Positions 1-9,313 of a stretch of DNA of 64,000 nucleotides are shown one piece after another (the stretch's first letter is position 1; every line of letters starts with the position of its first letter). This stretch comes from Treponemataceae bacterium. GTDB lineage: Bacteria; Spirochaetota; Spirochaetia; Treponematales; Rectinemataceae. The stretch is from contig CAXXHO010000003.1 of assembly GCA_963667725.2 (NCBI GenBank), forward strand, positions 576,001 to 640,000, given 5' to 3'. The notes beneath the pieces are model-generated. The model was not told the origin of the DNA and searched no databases. It saw only the letters and a program-made list of their open reading frames with translations. The position numbers were made by a program, and so were the translations under genes.

Positions 1-2
1 CG

Positions 3-638
3 GGCTGCTCCGGCCCAAGCGACATGGAAGCCGCTATGGAACTGGGCCTCGACGTGGTCAAATTCTTCCCGGCCGAGCAGGCTGGCGGCGTGGAGTACCT
101 CAAGGCCGTCGCGGGACCCTATCCCAACCTAAAATTCATGCCCACGGGCGGCATCAATGCCCAGAACCTCAACGACTACCTCTCGCTCAAGAACGTACTG
201 GCCTGCGGCGGCTCGTGGATGGTAAAAGCCGACCTCGTCGCCGCGGGAGACTTCGCCGCGATCGTCGAACTCACGAAGCAGGCCGTGAGCAGCATGCTCG
301 GATTCGGCCTCCTCCACATCGGCGTCAACGCTTTAAGCGAGGAAAGCGCCGCGGAAATCGCCGGAGTCTACAGGGACAGGTTCAACATGAGCTACCGGGC
401 GGGAAAGAGCTCCATATTCGCCGGCGAAATCCTGGAAGTGATGAAAAAACCCGGGGCCGGAAAGCTCGGCCACATCGGCATCACCACCAACTACATCGAG
501 CGCGCCATAGCCCATTTCAAGCTCCGAGGCATAGCCCTGGACGAAAATTCCAGGAAGTACAACGACGCGGGCAAGCTGGTAGCCATTTTCTTCACCGACG
601 AACCGGGTGGATTCGCCATCCACCTCACCCAAGTCTAG
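3..638 (+). CDS. eda: KDPG/KHG aldolase with a C-terminal VOC-like extension; 5'-partial
   Basis: Motifs VKFFPA, FMPTGGI, ACGGSW; frame is open to the window edge; extra ~110 aa C-terminal domain (HIGVN...HIGI...GFAIHL). Confidence 0.85.
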   Translation, partial: GCSGPSDMEAAMELGLDVVKFFPAEQAGGVEYLKAVAGPYPNLKFMPTGGINAQNLNDYLSLKNVLACGGSWMVKADLVAAGDFAAIVELTKQAVSSMLGFGLLHIGVNALSEESAAEIAGVYRDRFNMSYRAGKSSIFAGEILEVMKKPGAGKLGHIGITTNYIERAIAHFKLRGIALDENSRKYNDAGKLVAIFFTDEPGGFAIHLTQV

Positions 639-668
639 CGAAAAACTCGAGTCCAGCCTCCCTCGACG

Positions 669-706
669 AAGCCCGTTTCATTTAATGAAACGGGCTTTCA
701 TTTTTT
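669..706 (+). terminator. Intrinsic terminator
   Basis: Inverted repeat AAGCCCGTTTCATT/AATGAAACGGGCTT followed by a T-run. Confidence 0.8.
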
Positions 707-718
707 CACAAAACACTC

Positions 719-746
719 TTGTCAAATTTTGAAACAATGGTATACT
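719..746 (+). promoter_or_regulatory. Sigma70-like promoter of the buk operon
   Basis: TTGTCA-16 nt-TATACT, with TG just upstream (extended -10). Confidence 0.55.
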
Positions 747-776
747 CTGGTGAAACGACACGAAGGAAGGAATAAG

Positions 777-1850
777 ATGGCCCAATCCGTTCTCGTGATA
801 AACCCAGGCTCCACCTCCACCAAGATCGCCTTGTTTGAAGGCAACGCGAGGATCTTCGATCATTCGCTGAGCCATTCCTCAGAAGAACTGAAGCCTTTTC
901 CCACCATCGCCTCCCAATACGAATTCCGCAAGAAGGCCATCCTGGAAGTCCTCGCGGCCAAGGGCTTCGATATAGGCCAGCTCGTCGCCATCGTGGGCAG
1001 GGGAGGGGTCCTCCATCCCATCCCGAGCGGCGTCTACCGCGTCAACGAAGCGATGAAAGCCGATATCCTCGCGGCCAAATACGGCGAACACGCGTCCAAC
1101 CTGGGCGCGCTCATCGCCGACGACATAGCCGCCGAACTCGGAATTCCGGCTTATATCGCCGACCCGGTGGTCGTGGACGAACTCTCCGACGTCGCGAGGA
1201 TTTCGGGCCACAAGCTCTTCCGGAGAATTTCCATATTCCATGCCCTGAACCAGAAAGCCGTGGCCAGGCGTTATGCCGCCGAGCAAGGCAAGAATTATGA
1301 AGCGCTGAACCTCATCGTCGTCCATATGGGCGGAGGCGTCTCGATCGGACTGCATAGACAGGGCCTTGTCGAGGACGTCAACCAGGCATTGAGCGGCGAA
1401 GGCCCCTTCAGCCCGGAACGCTCGGGCACCCTTCCCGTGAACCAGCTGGCTAAACTCTGCTTTTCAGGCCAATACAGCGAGAAGGAAGTCATGAAGATGA
1501 TTTCCGGAGCTGGCGGCATGGTGAGCTTCCTCGGCACCAACGACATGAGGGAGGTTGAAAAACTGCGGCTCGCGGGCGATCCGGCCGCCACCCTCTATTT
1601 CAGCGCCTTCGTCTACCAGGTCGGAAAGACCATCGGCGCCATGGCCGCCGCCGCGAAGGGCAAGGTGGACGCCATCATCCTCACCGGCGGCATCGCCTAC
1701 GATAAGGACGTCGTCGCCGGCCTGAAGGAAATGTGTTCCTTCATCGCTCCCTTCACCGTCTATCCCGGCGAGGGCGAGCTCGAGGCCCTGGCCCAGGCTG
1801 GCCTGGGCGCCATCAACGGCACGAGGCCGGTCTTGGAGTATAAAGCATGA
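777..1850 (+). CDS. buk: Butyrate kinase
   Basis: VINPGSTSTKIA, GRGG, HASNLG, HALNQKAVAR, GPFSPERSG; ATG at 777 follows a GGAAGGA RBS. Confidence 0.95.
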   Translation: MAQSVLVINPGSTSTKIALFEGNARIFDHSLSHSSEELKPFPTIASQYEFRKKAILEVLAAKGFDIGQLVAIVGRGGVLHPIPSGVYRVNEAMKADILAAKYGEHASNLGALIADDIAAELGIPAYIADPVVVDELSDVARISGHKLFRRISIFHALNQKAVARRYAAEQGKNYEALNLIVVHMGGGVSIGLHRQGLVEDVNQALSGEGPFSPERSGTLPVNQLAKLCFSGQYSEKEVMKMISGAGGMVSFLGTNDMREVEKLRLAGDPAATLYFSAFVYQVGKTIGAMAAAAKGKVDAIILTGGIAYDKDVVAGLKEMCSFIAPFTVYPGEGELEALAQAGLGAINGTRPVLEYKA

Positions 1851-2767
1851 AATACATTTCTGAACTGCTGCAGGCCGCCGCGTCAGCCGGGCGGATGAAA
1901 CTGGCCGTTGCCTCGGCGCAGGAAGCCTCAGTCCTGGAGGCTGTCGTGGACGCCTACGCGGCGGGCATAGCCGAACCGATCCTCGTCGGCGATCCCGAGG
2001 CCATCGCGGCCGCTGCGGCCGAGGCCAGGGGCGGCAAGGGCGTGGACATTTCGGCCTTCGAGATAGTACCCGTCAAGGATATCTACGCTTCAGCCGCCAA
2101 GGCCGTGGAACTGGTCAAGACGGGCAGGGCGGGATTCCTCATGAAAGGCATCATCGATACGGCCCCCCTTCTCAAGGCGGTGCTCAACAAGGAAACTGGA
2201 ATCAACGCCGGGCATCTCGCCAGCCACGTGGCCGTCATGGAAGTGCCCACCTACCACAAACTCCTCGTCATCACCGACGCGGCCATCAACATCGCCCCTG
2301 ATCTTCCCGGGTTCATCGACATCATCAACTCGGCCGTCACCGTCTCGCGGGCTCTCGGTACGGAACTGCCCAAGGTGGCCATCCTCGCGGCCGTGGAAAA
2401 GGTGAACGCCGAGAAAATGCCCTGCACGGTGACCGCCGCCATTCTTACCCAAATGAATCGACGAGGCCAGATCAAGAACTGCCTCGTCGACGGACCTCTC
2501 GCCCTGGACAACGCGATCAGCGCCGAAAGCGTGCGGATCAAGAAGATAGTCTCCGACGTGGCGGGCGACGCCGATATCCTCGTCGTCCCGGATATCGAAG
2601 CCGGCAACATCCTGTACAAATGCCTGCTCGACCTGGCTCAGGCCAAGGGCGCGGGCATCATAATGGGCGCCGCCAAGCCCGTCGTCCTCACCAGCCGCGC
2701 CGACACCGCGGAAACCAAACTCGCCTCCATAGCGCTCGCCGCCCTCACCGGCCGTCGGGCAAGCTAG
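1847..2767 (+). CDS. ptb: Phosphate butyryltransferase / phosphate acyltransferase
   Basis: LMKG, DAAINIAP, DGPLALDNAIS, PDIEAGNILYK, LTSRAD; ATGA overlap with buk. Confidence 0.9.
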   Translation: MKYISELLQAAASAGRMKLAVASAQEASVLEAVVDAYAAGIAEPILVGDPEAIAAAAAEARGGKGVDISAFEIVPVKDIYASAAKAVELVKTGRAGFLMKGIIDTAPLLKAVLNKETGINAGHLASHVAVMEVPTYHKLLVITDAAINIAPDLPGFIDIINSAVTVSRALGTELPKVAILAAVEKVNAEKMPCTVTAAILTQMNRRGQIKNCLVDGPLALDNAISAESVRIKKIVSDVAGDADILVVPDIEAGNILYKCLLDLAQAKGAGIIMGAAKPVVLTSRADTAETKLASIALAALTGRRAS

Positions 2768-2789
2768 AAGGCGCGACAAGGAGTCCTCT

Positions 2790-3005
2790 ATGGCCAACAA
2801 GGGTAAACCGGTCATCGACAGGGAACGATGCAAAGGCTGTCTGCTTTGCGTCCGCGCCTGTCCCGTGAAAGTGCTTGGGCCTGATTCGACGCCCAATTCC
2901 TGGGGCTACTATCCTTCCTCGGTTCTGGCCCCGGAAAAATGCATAGCTTGCGGCAACTGCTACCAGGTCTGTCCCGACGTAGCCGTCACCGTCTATAAAC
3001 TGTGA
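2790..3005 (+). CDS. 2x[4Fe-4S] ferredoxin; delta subunit of 2-oxoacid:ferredoxin oxidoreductase
   Basis: Two CxxCxxCxxxCP motifs; operon position. Confidence 0.9.
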   Translation: MANKGKPVIDRERCKGCLLCVRACPVKVLGPDSTPNSWGYYPSSVLAPEKCIACGNCYQVCPDVAVTVYKL

Positions 3006-3016
3006 AGGAGAAGCCA

Positions 3017-4120
3017 ATGTCCGAAGACATTCGCCTGATGAAAGGCAACGAGGCCATCGGCGAAGCCGCCGTGCGCGCCGGCTGCAAAGCCTATTTCGGG
3101 TATCCGATCACGCCCCAGAACGAACTCACGGCCTATATGGCTGTGCATATGCTCGCCAAGGGTAGGACCTTCATCCAGGCCGAGAGCGAAGTGTCGGCCA
3201 TCAATATGGTCTACGGAGCCGCCGCCACGGGCGTTCGCGCCATGACCAGTTCCTCCAGCCCCGGCGTTTCCCTCAAGCAGGAAGGCATCTCCTACCTCTG
3301 CGGCGCCGATTTGCCCGCCGTCATAGTCAACGTGGCCCGCTCCGGCCCCGGCCTCGGCGGCATCTCGCCCAGCCAGGGAGACTATTTCCAGTCCACCCGC
3401 GGCGGCGGCCACGGCGACTATTACACGATCGTCCTCGCCCCCAAGGGTGTGCAGGACGCTGCCGACCTCACCTACGAAGCCTTTGCCATCACCGAAAAAT
3501 ACAGGATTCCCGTTCTCATCCTTGCCGACGGGCTCATCGGCCAGATGATGGAGGGCGTCGTCCTCCCGCAACCTCTCGATCCCGAGGGCTTTCCCCGCAA
3601 GGCCTGGGCTGCCGGCCATCAGGAAGAGATGAAACGCGATCCCAACCACGTCACCAGCATCCATCTCGTGCCCGAGGAACTGGAGCCCACTATCCTGGAA
3701 CGCTTCAAGCGCTACGATCAGGTGAAGAAAGAGCTCTGCCGCTTCGAGGAAGTCCAGGTGGAGGAGGCCGATCTTGTGCTCGTGGCCTACGGCACCTCGG
3801 CGCGCGTAAGCCTGGGCGCCCTGCAGGCTGCCCGCAAGCTCGGGCTCAAGGTGGGGCTTTTCCGCCCCATTACCCTCTGGCCCTTCCCCTCAGACAGGCT
3901 CTCCGAACTCGCGCGGAAGGGCAAGCGCTTCCTCGCGGTGGAAATGAGCATGGGGCAGATGGTGGAAGACGTTCGATTGGCCGTCAACGGCCAGACGCCC
4001 GTCGATTTCTACGGCAGGTGCGGCGGGATAGTCCCCAGCGAGGAAGAAGTGCTCGCCGAAATCCAGCGGATTCTCGCCCAGCGGATTCTCGCTAAGCGCC
4101 TTCCCGCCGGTCAGGCATAA
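3017..4120 (+). CDS. vorB: 2-oxoacid:ferredoxin oxidoreductase alpha subunit (VorB-like)
   Basis: MKGNEA, FGYPITPQ, QAESEV, TSSSSPG, RPITLWPFP. Confidence 0.9.
   Translation: MSEDIRLMKGNEAIGEAAVRAGCKAYFGYPITPQNELTAYMAVHMLAKGRTFIQAESEVSAINMVYGAAATGVRAMTSSSSPGVSLKQEGISYLCGADLPAVIVNVARSGPGLGGISPSQGDYFQSTRGGGHGDYYTIVLAPKGVQDAADLTYEAFAITEKYRIPVLILADGLIGQMMEGVVLPQPLDPEGFPRKAWAAGHQEEMKRDPNHVTSIHLVPEELEPTILERFKRYDQVKKELCRFEEVQVEEADLVLVAYGTSARVSLGALQAARKLGLKVGLFRPITLWPFPSDRLSELARKGKRFLAVEMSMGQMVEDVRLAVNGQTPVDFYGRCGGIVPSEEEVLAEIQRILAQRILAKRLPAGQA
4063..4092 (+). repeat. Perfect 15-nt in-frame tandem duplication (QRILA x2)
   Basis: CCAGCGGATTCTCGC occurs twice in tandem. Confidence 0.95.
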
Positions 4121-4130
4121 GGAGTTCATC

Positions 4131-4898
4131 ATGGAACTAGCATTCGGCCATCCCAAAAGCCTTAAACCCATTCAGACCAAGTATTGCCCCGGCTGCGGTC
4201 ATGGAGTCATTCACCGACTTATAGCGGAGGTCATCGACGAGATGGGCCTCCAGCTGAAGTCCGTCATCACGAACCCCGTCGGCTGCTCAATCTGGGCCGA
4301 CCTCTATTTCGATTTCGACTCGGTGCAGCCAGCGCACGGCAGGACCCCCGCGGCTGCCACCGCCGTCAAGCGCATGCTCCCTGACCACCTCGTCATCTGC
4401 TATCAGGGCGACGGCGACCTCGCCGCCATAGGCACGGCTGAAATCATCCACGCCGCGAACCGCGGGGAAAAGTTCACGACGATTTTCGTGAACAACGCGA
4501 TCTACGGAATGACGGGCGGCCAGATGGCGCCGACAACCCTCGTCGGCCAGTACGCGACCACGGCCCCGAACGGACGCGATCCCATCGGCGCCGGCATGGG
4601 CTATCCCATCAAGGTCTGCGAGCTTCTCGCCACGCTCGGCGGCACCAAATATCTCGCTCGCGGCTCCGTGAACAACCCGGCCAACGTGAAAAAGACGAAA
4701 AAATACATCAGGACCGCTTTCGAGGCCCAGATGAGGGGCGAAGGTTTCACCATGGTGGAAATACTCTCCCAGTGCCCGACCAACTGGAAAATGAGCCCAG
4801 CCGAATCGGTGGGCTGGCTCGAGCAGAACATGATTCCCTTCTACCCCCTCGGTGAGATCAAGAATACTTTGCCCGCCGAGAAGGAGGCCCAGGCATGA
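4131..4898 (+). CDS. 2-oxoacid:ferredoxin oxidoreductase beta (TPP-binding) subunit
   Basis: YCPGCGHG, GDGD, NNAIYGMTGGQ, CPTNW. Confidence 0.92.
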   Translation: MELAFGHPKSLKPIQTKYCPGCGHGVIHRLIAEVIDEMGLQLKSVITNPVGCSIWADLYFDFDSVQPAHGRTPAAATAVKRMLPDHLVICYQGDGDLAAIGTAEIIHAANRGEKFTTIFVNNAIYGMTGGQMAPTTLVGQYATTAPNGRDPIGAGMGYPIKVCELLATLGGTKYLARGSVNNPANVKKTKKYIRTAFEAQMRGEGFTMVEILSQCPTNWKMSPAESVGWLEQNMIPFYPLGEIKNTLPAEKEAQA

Positions 4899-5428
4899 CG
4901 GAAAAAACCTATATGGCAGGTTTCGGCGGCCAGGGAGTCATATCCCTTGGACAGATGTGGGTCTACTGCGCGATGAAGGAAGGCCTTCAGATCACCTTCT
5001 TTCCCTATTACGGAGCCGAAAAGCGGGGAGGCATCGCCCGCGCCTCGGTAATCGTCAGCGACCACGAGATAGCGAGCCCTCTCGTCACCAAGGCCCACTC
5101 GGTCGTCGTGATGAATCAGGATTCAGTGCCCATCGCCGAGGAAGTCTGCGCCGAAGGCGGCACCATCCTCGTCAACTCAAGCCTCGTGAAGACCGATCCC
5201 AAAAGACCGGACGCCAGGATTATCCACGTTCCCTGCAACGAAATAGCCGAAAAGATCGGCGATGGCCGAATCGCGAACATGGTGATGTTGGGAGCGCTCA
5301 GCGCCGCCACCGGCGCGATCCAGCTGAAATCCTTCGAGACCGTGCTGAAATCCTTCTTCCCGCCCGCGAAGCACCACTTGATTCCGATGAACATCGCCGC
5401 CGTGGAGGAAGGCAAAAAGGCCGTCTAA
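4895..5428 (+). CDS. 2-oxoacid:ferredoxin oxidoreductase gamma subunit
   Basis: AGFGGQG, YGAEKRGG, NMVMLGA. Confidence 0.92.
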   Translation: MTEKTYMAGFGGQGVISLGQMWVYCAMKEGLQITFFPYYGAEKRGGIARASVIVSDHEIASPLVTKAHSVVVMNQDSVPIAEEVCAEGGTILVNSSLVKTDPKRPDARIIHVPCNEIAEKIGDGRIANMVMLGALSAATGAIQLKSFETVLKSFFPPAKHHLIPMNIAAVEEGKKAV

Positions 5429-5474
5429 GATTTCCGGCGGTCTTTTCAGCCGTCCCATTCCACGCAGTACGTAC

Positions 5475-5511
5475 AAAAGCGCTCGATACACTGTACCGAG
5501 CGTTCTTTTTT
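5475..5511 (+). terminator. Probable intrinsic terminator
   Basis: CGCTCG...CGAGCG stem followed by TTCTTTTTT. Confidence 0.6.
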
Positions 5512-5531
5512 CGACTATACTCCATCGTGGA

Positions 5532-6599
5532 ATGAGTCCGACTAAATCCGAATTACGACGACGGCTGGACGGCGCTCGAGCCGCCAGAGCCGCTCGAGCC
5601 GCGCGCATCGCCCGAGCCGCGCGCGGCCGCAAACCCCTCAGCTTGAAAAGAGTCGCGGCATTCATCCTCAAGCTCGCGCTCATCGTCCATATCGCCTATA
5701 TCTTCCTTACAAGCGTCTTTATCATATCCTATAAATTCAACAATCCCGTCTTTACGATCCTCATGCCCTACCGATCGATCGGCTATGGATGGAAGCTTCA
5801 GAAGCCCATCCCCATCAAGCTCAAACAGGTGCCGGCCTACGTGCGGAACATGTTGGTGTCGGTAGAGGACGGCAAGTTCTATACCCACCACGGCATCGAC
5901 ATGGAAGCCTTCAAGCGCGCCAAGGAGATAAACGACAGGCTGGGCAAGCCCCTCTACGGCGGCTCGACACTGACGATGCAGCTGGCGAGGACGCTCTTCC
6001 TCGTGCCGGAAAAAAGCTACGTGAGAAAATATTTCGAGGTTATAGCGGCGCTCGAGCTGGAGCTCTTCCTCTCGAAAGACAGGATCCTGGAGCTTTATTT
6101 CGGCTACGCCGAGTGGGGAAAGGGCATTTTCGGCATAGAGGCGGCGGCGAGACACTGGTACGGAAAGGGCGTCGCCTCGCTCACGAGGGACCAGTCGGCC
6201 AGGCTCATCGCCCTCCTGTCCTCGCCCATCAAGTACTCGCCCACGACGCTGAACAAGTCGGCCATCCTGCGCGAGCGATACGCTTACCTGACGCGCCGCT
6301 ACGTTTCGCCCAGCCAGGCAACCTCGCCCGATCAGTCGCCAGCCCTCGCGCCGCCTCCCGGCGACGTCGTGCCCGGCGCCGACGATGCCGCGCCCTCCGA
6401 CACCCTCGCTCCGACCGATGCCCAAGCGCCCGTCGACGCTCTTGGGTCGCCCGATGAAGTCACCCCTCCCGGCGAAGTCGTGTCTGACGACGCTAGCCCG
6501 ACGAGCGATGCCCAGTCGGGCGGACAGGACAGCGCGGCAACCACGACGCTCCCCGCCGCCGACACCACGGCTCAGGGCGTCACAGGCGCCGTTCCTTAA
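5532..6599 (+). CDS. mtgA: Monofunctional peptidoglycan transglycosylase (GT51); start uncertain
   Basis: EDGKFYTHHG, GGSTLTMQLAR, RKYFE, SKDRILELY, GIFGIEAAA; one TM helix; low-complexity termini. Confidence 0.85.
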   Translation: MSPTKSELRRRLDGARAARAARAARIARAARGRKPLSLKRVAAFILKLALIVHIAYIFLTSVFIISYKFNNPVFTILMPYRSIGYGWKLQKPIPIKLKQVPAYVRNMLVSVEDGKFYTHHGIDMEAFKRAKEINDRLGKPLYGGSTLTMQLARTLFLVPEKSYVRKYFEVIAALELELFLSKDRILELYFGYAEWGKGIFGIEAAARHWYGKGVASLTRDQSARLIALLSSPIKYSPTTLNKSAILRERYAYLTRRYVSPSQATSPDQSPALAPPPGDVVPGADDAAPSDTLAPTDAQAPVDALGSPDEVTPPGEVVSDDASPTSDAQSGGQDSAATTTLPAADTTAQGVTGAVP

Positions 6600-6608
6600 T
6601 AGTTTTTT

Positions 6609-7124
6609 CTAGATGATATCCATGATATTGCTGTAATCGTTCTCGACCTTCAGCTCCTCGAGGTAGAGGGAGATCATGCCCCTGTGGTGCGTCTGGTGGT
6701 TGAAGACATGAAGGACGACGAGCCCGAACTCCTGGTTGTGCTCGTCGTCGTGTGAATCTTTGTACTTCAAGCTCCGGCCGAGATCATCCTCGCGGACTTC
6801 GGCGGCGAATCGCCTGAAATACCCGTCCAGAGCCGCCCGCAGCGCGAAGTATTCTTCCTTCGACTCGAAGGTATGCATGCCGTAGCGGAGCTCCCGCGCG
6901 AAGAAGTCGTCCCTTATGTACTCGAAGGGGCGCAGCAGCGAAAACCGCTTGAGCCAGTTGAAGTCGCATACGCACAGATGGTCGCAGAGCGATCGTATCG
7001 AGTCGAAATACCCGCCGAACTTCGCCGTCCACTGTTCTTCGGTGAGGTTCGCGATCAAGGCATCCATCTGCTCGTTGACAGTCTTATTGTAGTCCGCCAG
7101 AAAAGCTATAGTCGCAAGGTCCAT
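6609..7124 (-). CDS. DinB family protein
   Basis: HVFNHQTHHRG motif; F-x-SI-xxx-DH; ATG after a GGAG RBS. Confidence 0.85.
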   Translation of the reverse strand: MDLATIAFLADYNKTVNEQMDALIANLTEEQWTAKFGGYFDSIRSLCDHLCVCDFNWLKRFSLLRPFEYIRDDFFARELRYGMHTFESKEEYFALRAALDGYFRRFAAEVREDDLGRSLKYKDSHDDEHNQEFGLVVLHVFNHQTHHRGMISLYLEELKVENDYSNIMDII

Positions 7125-7220
7125 AGGTGCTCCTTGTTTCCGCAGTATACGCATTTATAGTCTTGGCGGCGCCCGAAGGCAAGCGACACGAAGTATCCTC
7201 GGTATCCTTTAACGCGACCC

Positions 7221-9200
7221 TTAGCCGAAAACCCCCAGATTTTTCGGGACCCATGACGGATAGCCAACGAGAAGGGCGCCCACCATAGCCCATAGTCTTC
7301 TTCGATCCGTCCACTCCAGCCCGCGCCTCTCGCAGGAACGGCGGCCGGCCCTGAGCGCGGCCGGAATCTCGGGGGCATGGAGTCCCTCGATGGCGGCGAA
7401 AATGCCGAGCCAGCCTGGCCACGCGATGCCTGCCACAGGTCCCGAGGCAGAAGAGATAAGGGCGAAGACCAGAGGGCTCAACGTGATGGAAGTCGTCGCC
7501 GCTGCCTTTAAAATCCAAAGCAATTTTTCCTTCACCCTGAAAACGAGCATGCCGCGAAGGCCAGCGAGCGCCGCGTCATCCTCGAAGCCCAGCAGCCTCT
7601 GGGTTTCCTCCGCCCCAAGGGGAGGAAGCGGCCACTCGATCCAGTCGCGTTCCGATTCCGCGAGGGTAAGGGGGCGCACTTCGACCTTCCCTTCCTCGAG
7701 ACGCAGGGGAACATCGAGCCTCTGACCTTCCAGAAGGAGCCTTCGGCGAGCCGCCCGCTGTCCCAAGATGGCCAGCAGCATAGGGAAAAGGTTGCGGTTT
7801 TTGAGGGACATGACCCTGCAGGACCGGCCGCCGAGTTCGTGGAGTATCATGTGAGGGGCGTTGGGCATGGGCATGCAGCCGACGATGTAGCGATCGACAA
7901 AGAGCGCGAGGATTTTCGAGCAGGAACCGATGGCCATTTTCCTGCCCGGGAGGGTCTTGATGGCCTCCATGTCATAGGCCTTACCTTCAAAGTCGTACCA
8001 ATTCAGGCGTTCGCCCGCCTTTACCCCGGAGCCGACGATCATGACGATTTTTCGCTTGAGCGAGATTCCCTCGGCTTCGAGCATGGAAAAAGCGAAGCGC
8101 GTGGTGGCGATACAGCCTCCCCTGCACGAGGCCTCGAGCGCCGAAACGGCCGATGGCTCTATGCCGCCTGCCGCGAGGCTATTCCCTTCCTGGTTTTTGT
8201 CGATGCCGACCAGCACCCTGACCGTCGGGAAAGCCCGGCGCACCCGATCGGAGATGAGGGAAGCGTCGGCGGGGCGGAAGGCGAGGGGACTTGGATCGCC
8301 GAGGACTTCGACATTGCAAGGATCGCCGAAGCCCAGCTCGTCGGCCACTTTCATGAGGGCGATCGTCCTGGGGTCGAAACCCATGAGCCTCGTCGCCACG
8401 CGGTCGGTTTCCACCGGATGGTCGCCCGCGATGATCATCCTGGAATCCACGGGATCGACCGGCGCCGGACATTCACCTTCAGCGCCCACGACGCCATCGA
8501 TGAGGACAAGGTCGGGCTTGAAGAGGTAGAGCATTTCGACGAGCTTTCGGTCGATGTGGTAGTGGTGATCCCGCTGGCGCAGATTGTAGGGGATCGTGCC
8601 CATGGCGTTCTTGAAACCGAGGGTGACCTTCGTGTAGAGGTTGGTCTTGAGTTTGGGAACGGAGACGTAGGCCGCTTCCCCGCGCACCACCCGGGAGAAG
8701 ATCCGCGGCACCAGGATCTCGCGCTGAACCTTCGCTTTGGGCAGGATATAGCGATCCACAGGCTCCTCATCGAGGGCGACGAGGCCGCAGCCTCGATGCC
8801 TGGCCAGACGATCCAGCCCCGATACCTTGAAGGAACCGCGCGTGGGAGCGCCTCGTCCCGATGATTCAACGATGATGACCTCCGGCGAGCGCTTCGAAAG
8901 CCAGAGCACGACGGCATCCAGAACGCGCGGATCGGTCGTTTCTGGATAGTCGCGCCTCAGTAGCCCCATGTCGTGGTAGACGGTGACGAGGTTGGGCTTG
9001 ACGAGAACGGGGCGATCGCGGAACGTGGCCCCTATGCCGGTCTGAGCATCCAGGGAGTCCAGGGCGGCGAAGACCGCTTTCCTGATCGCCTTCACTTCGG
9101 GACGGTTTTCCCAGGACGCGCTGCCATAGTCGCCTGTGAGCGCGACGCAGTCCTCCCCGTAATCGCCGGGCGGGAGACGTTCGATGATGACCAGTGCCAT
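7221..9200 (-). CDS. DUF362 domain Fe-S protein with C-terminal membrane helices
   Basis: VLVKPNLV, TTDPRV, VPKLKT, TLGFKN, IDGVVGAEGECP, DPVETD; Cys motifs CRGGC, GSC, GCMP; hydrophobic C-terminus. Confidence 0.75.
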   Translation of the reverse strand: MALVIIERLPPGDYGEDCVALTGDYGSASWENRPEVKAIRKAVFAALDSLDAQTGIGATFRDRPVLVKPNLVTVYHDMGLLRRDYPETTDPRVLDAVVLWLSKRSPEVIIVESSGRGAPTRGSFKVSGLDRLARHRGCGLVALDEEPVDRYILPKAKVQREILVPRIFSRVVRGEAAYVSVPKLKTNLYTKVTLGFKNAMGTIPYNLRQRDHHYHIDRKLVEMLYLFKPDLVLIDGVVGAEGECPAPVDPVDSRMIIAGDHPVETDRVATRLMGFDPRTIALMKVADELGFGDPCNVEVLGDPSPLAFRPADASLISDRVRRAFPTVRVLVGIDKNQEGNSLAAGGIEPSAVSALEASCRGGCIATTRFAFSMLEAEGISLKRKIVMIVGSGVKAGERLNWYDFEGKAYDMEAIKTLPGRKMAIGSCSKILALFVDRYIVGCMPMPNAPHMILHELGGRSCRVMSLKNRNLFPMLLAILGQRAARRRLLLEGQRLDVPLRLEEGKVEVRPLTLAESERDWIEWPLPPLGAEETQRLLGFEDDAALAGLRGMLVFRVKEKLLWILKAAATTSITLSPLVFALISSASGPVAGIAWPGWLGIFAAIEGLHAPEIPAALRAGRRSCERRGLEWTDRRRLWAMVGALLVGYPSWVPKNLGVFG

Positions 9201-9241
9201 ATCCTAAAGAGTAGGCGAACTTTCAGCAAAGCGCAAGCAAT

Positions 9242-9264
9242 ATTATTTGCAGTATGCACATTAT
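9242..9264. promoter_or_regulatory. Imperfect palindrome between divergent genes; candidate MarR operator
   Basis: ATTTGCAGTATGCACAT dyad in the short divergent intergenic region. Confidence 0.4.
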
Positions 9265-9313
9265 CGAGGTATGATGATCCGGGTCGGCTGAACGCCGATA
9301 GAAAGGAGGCATC

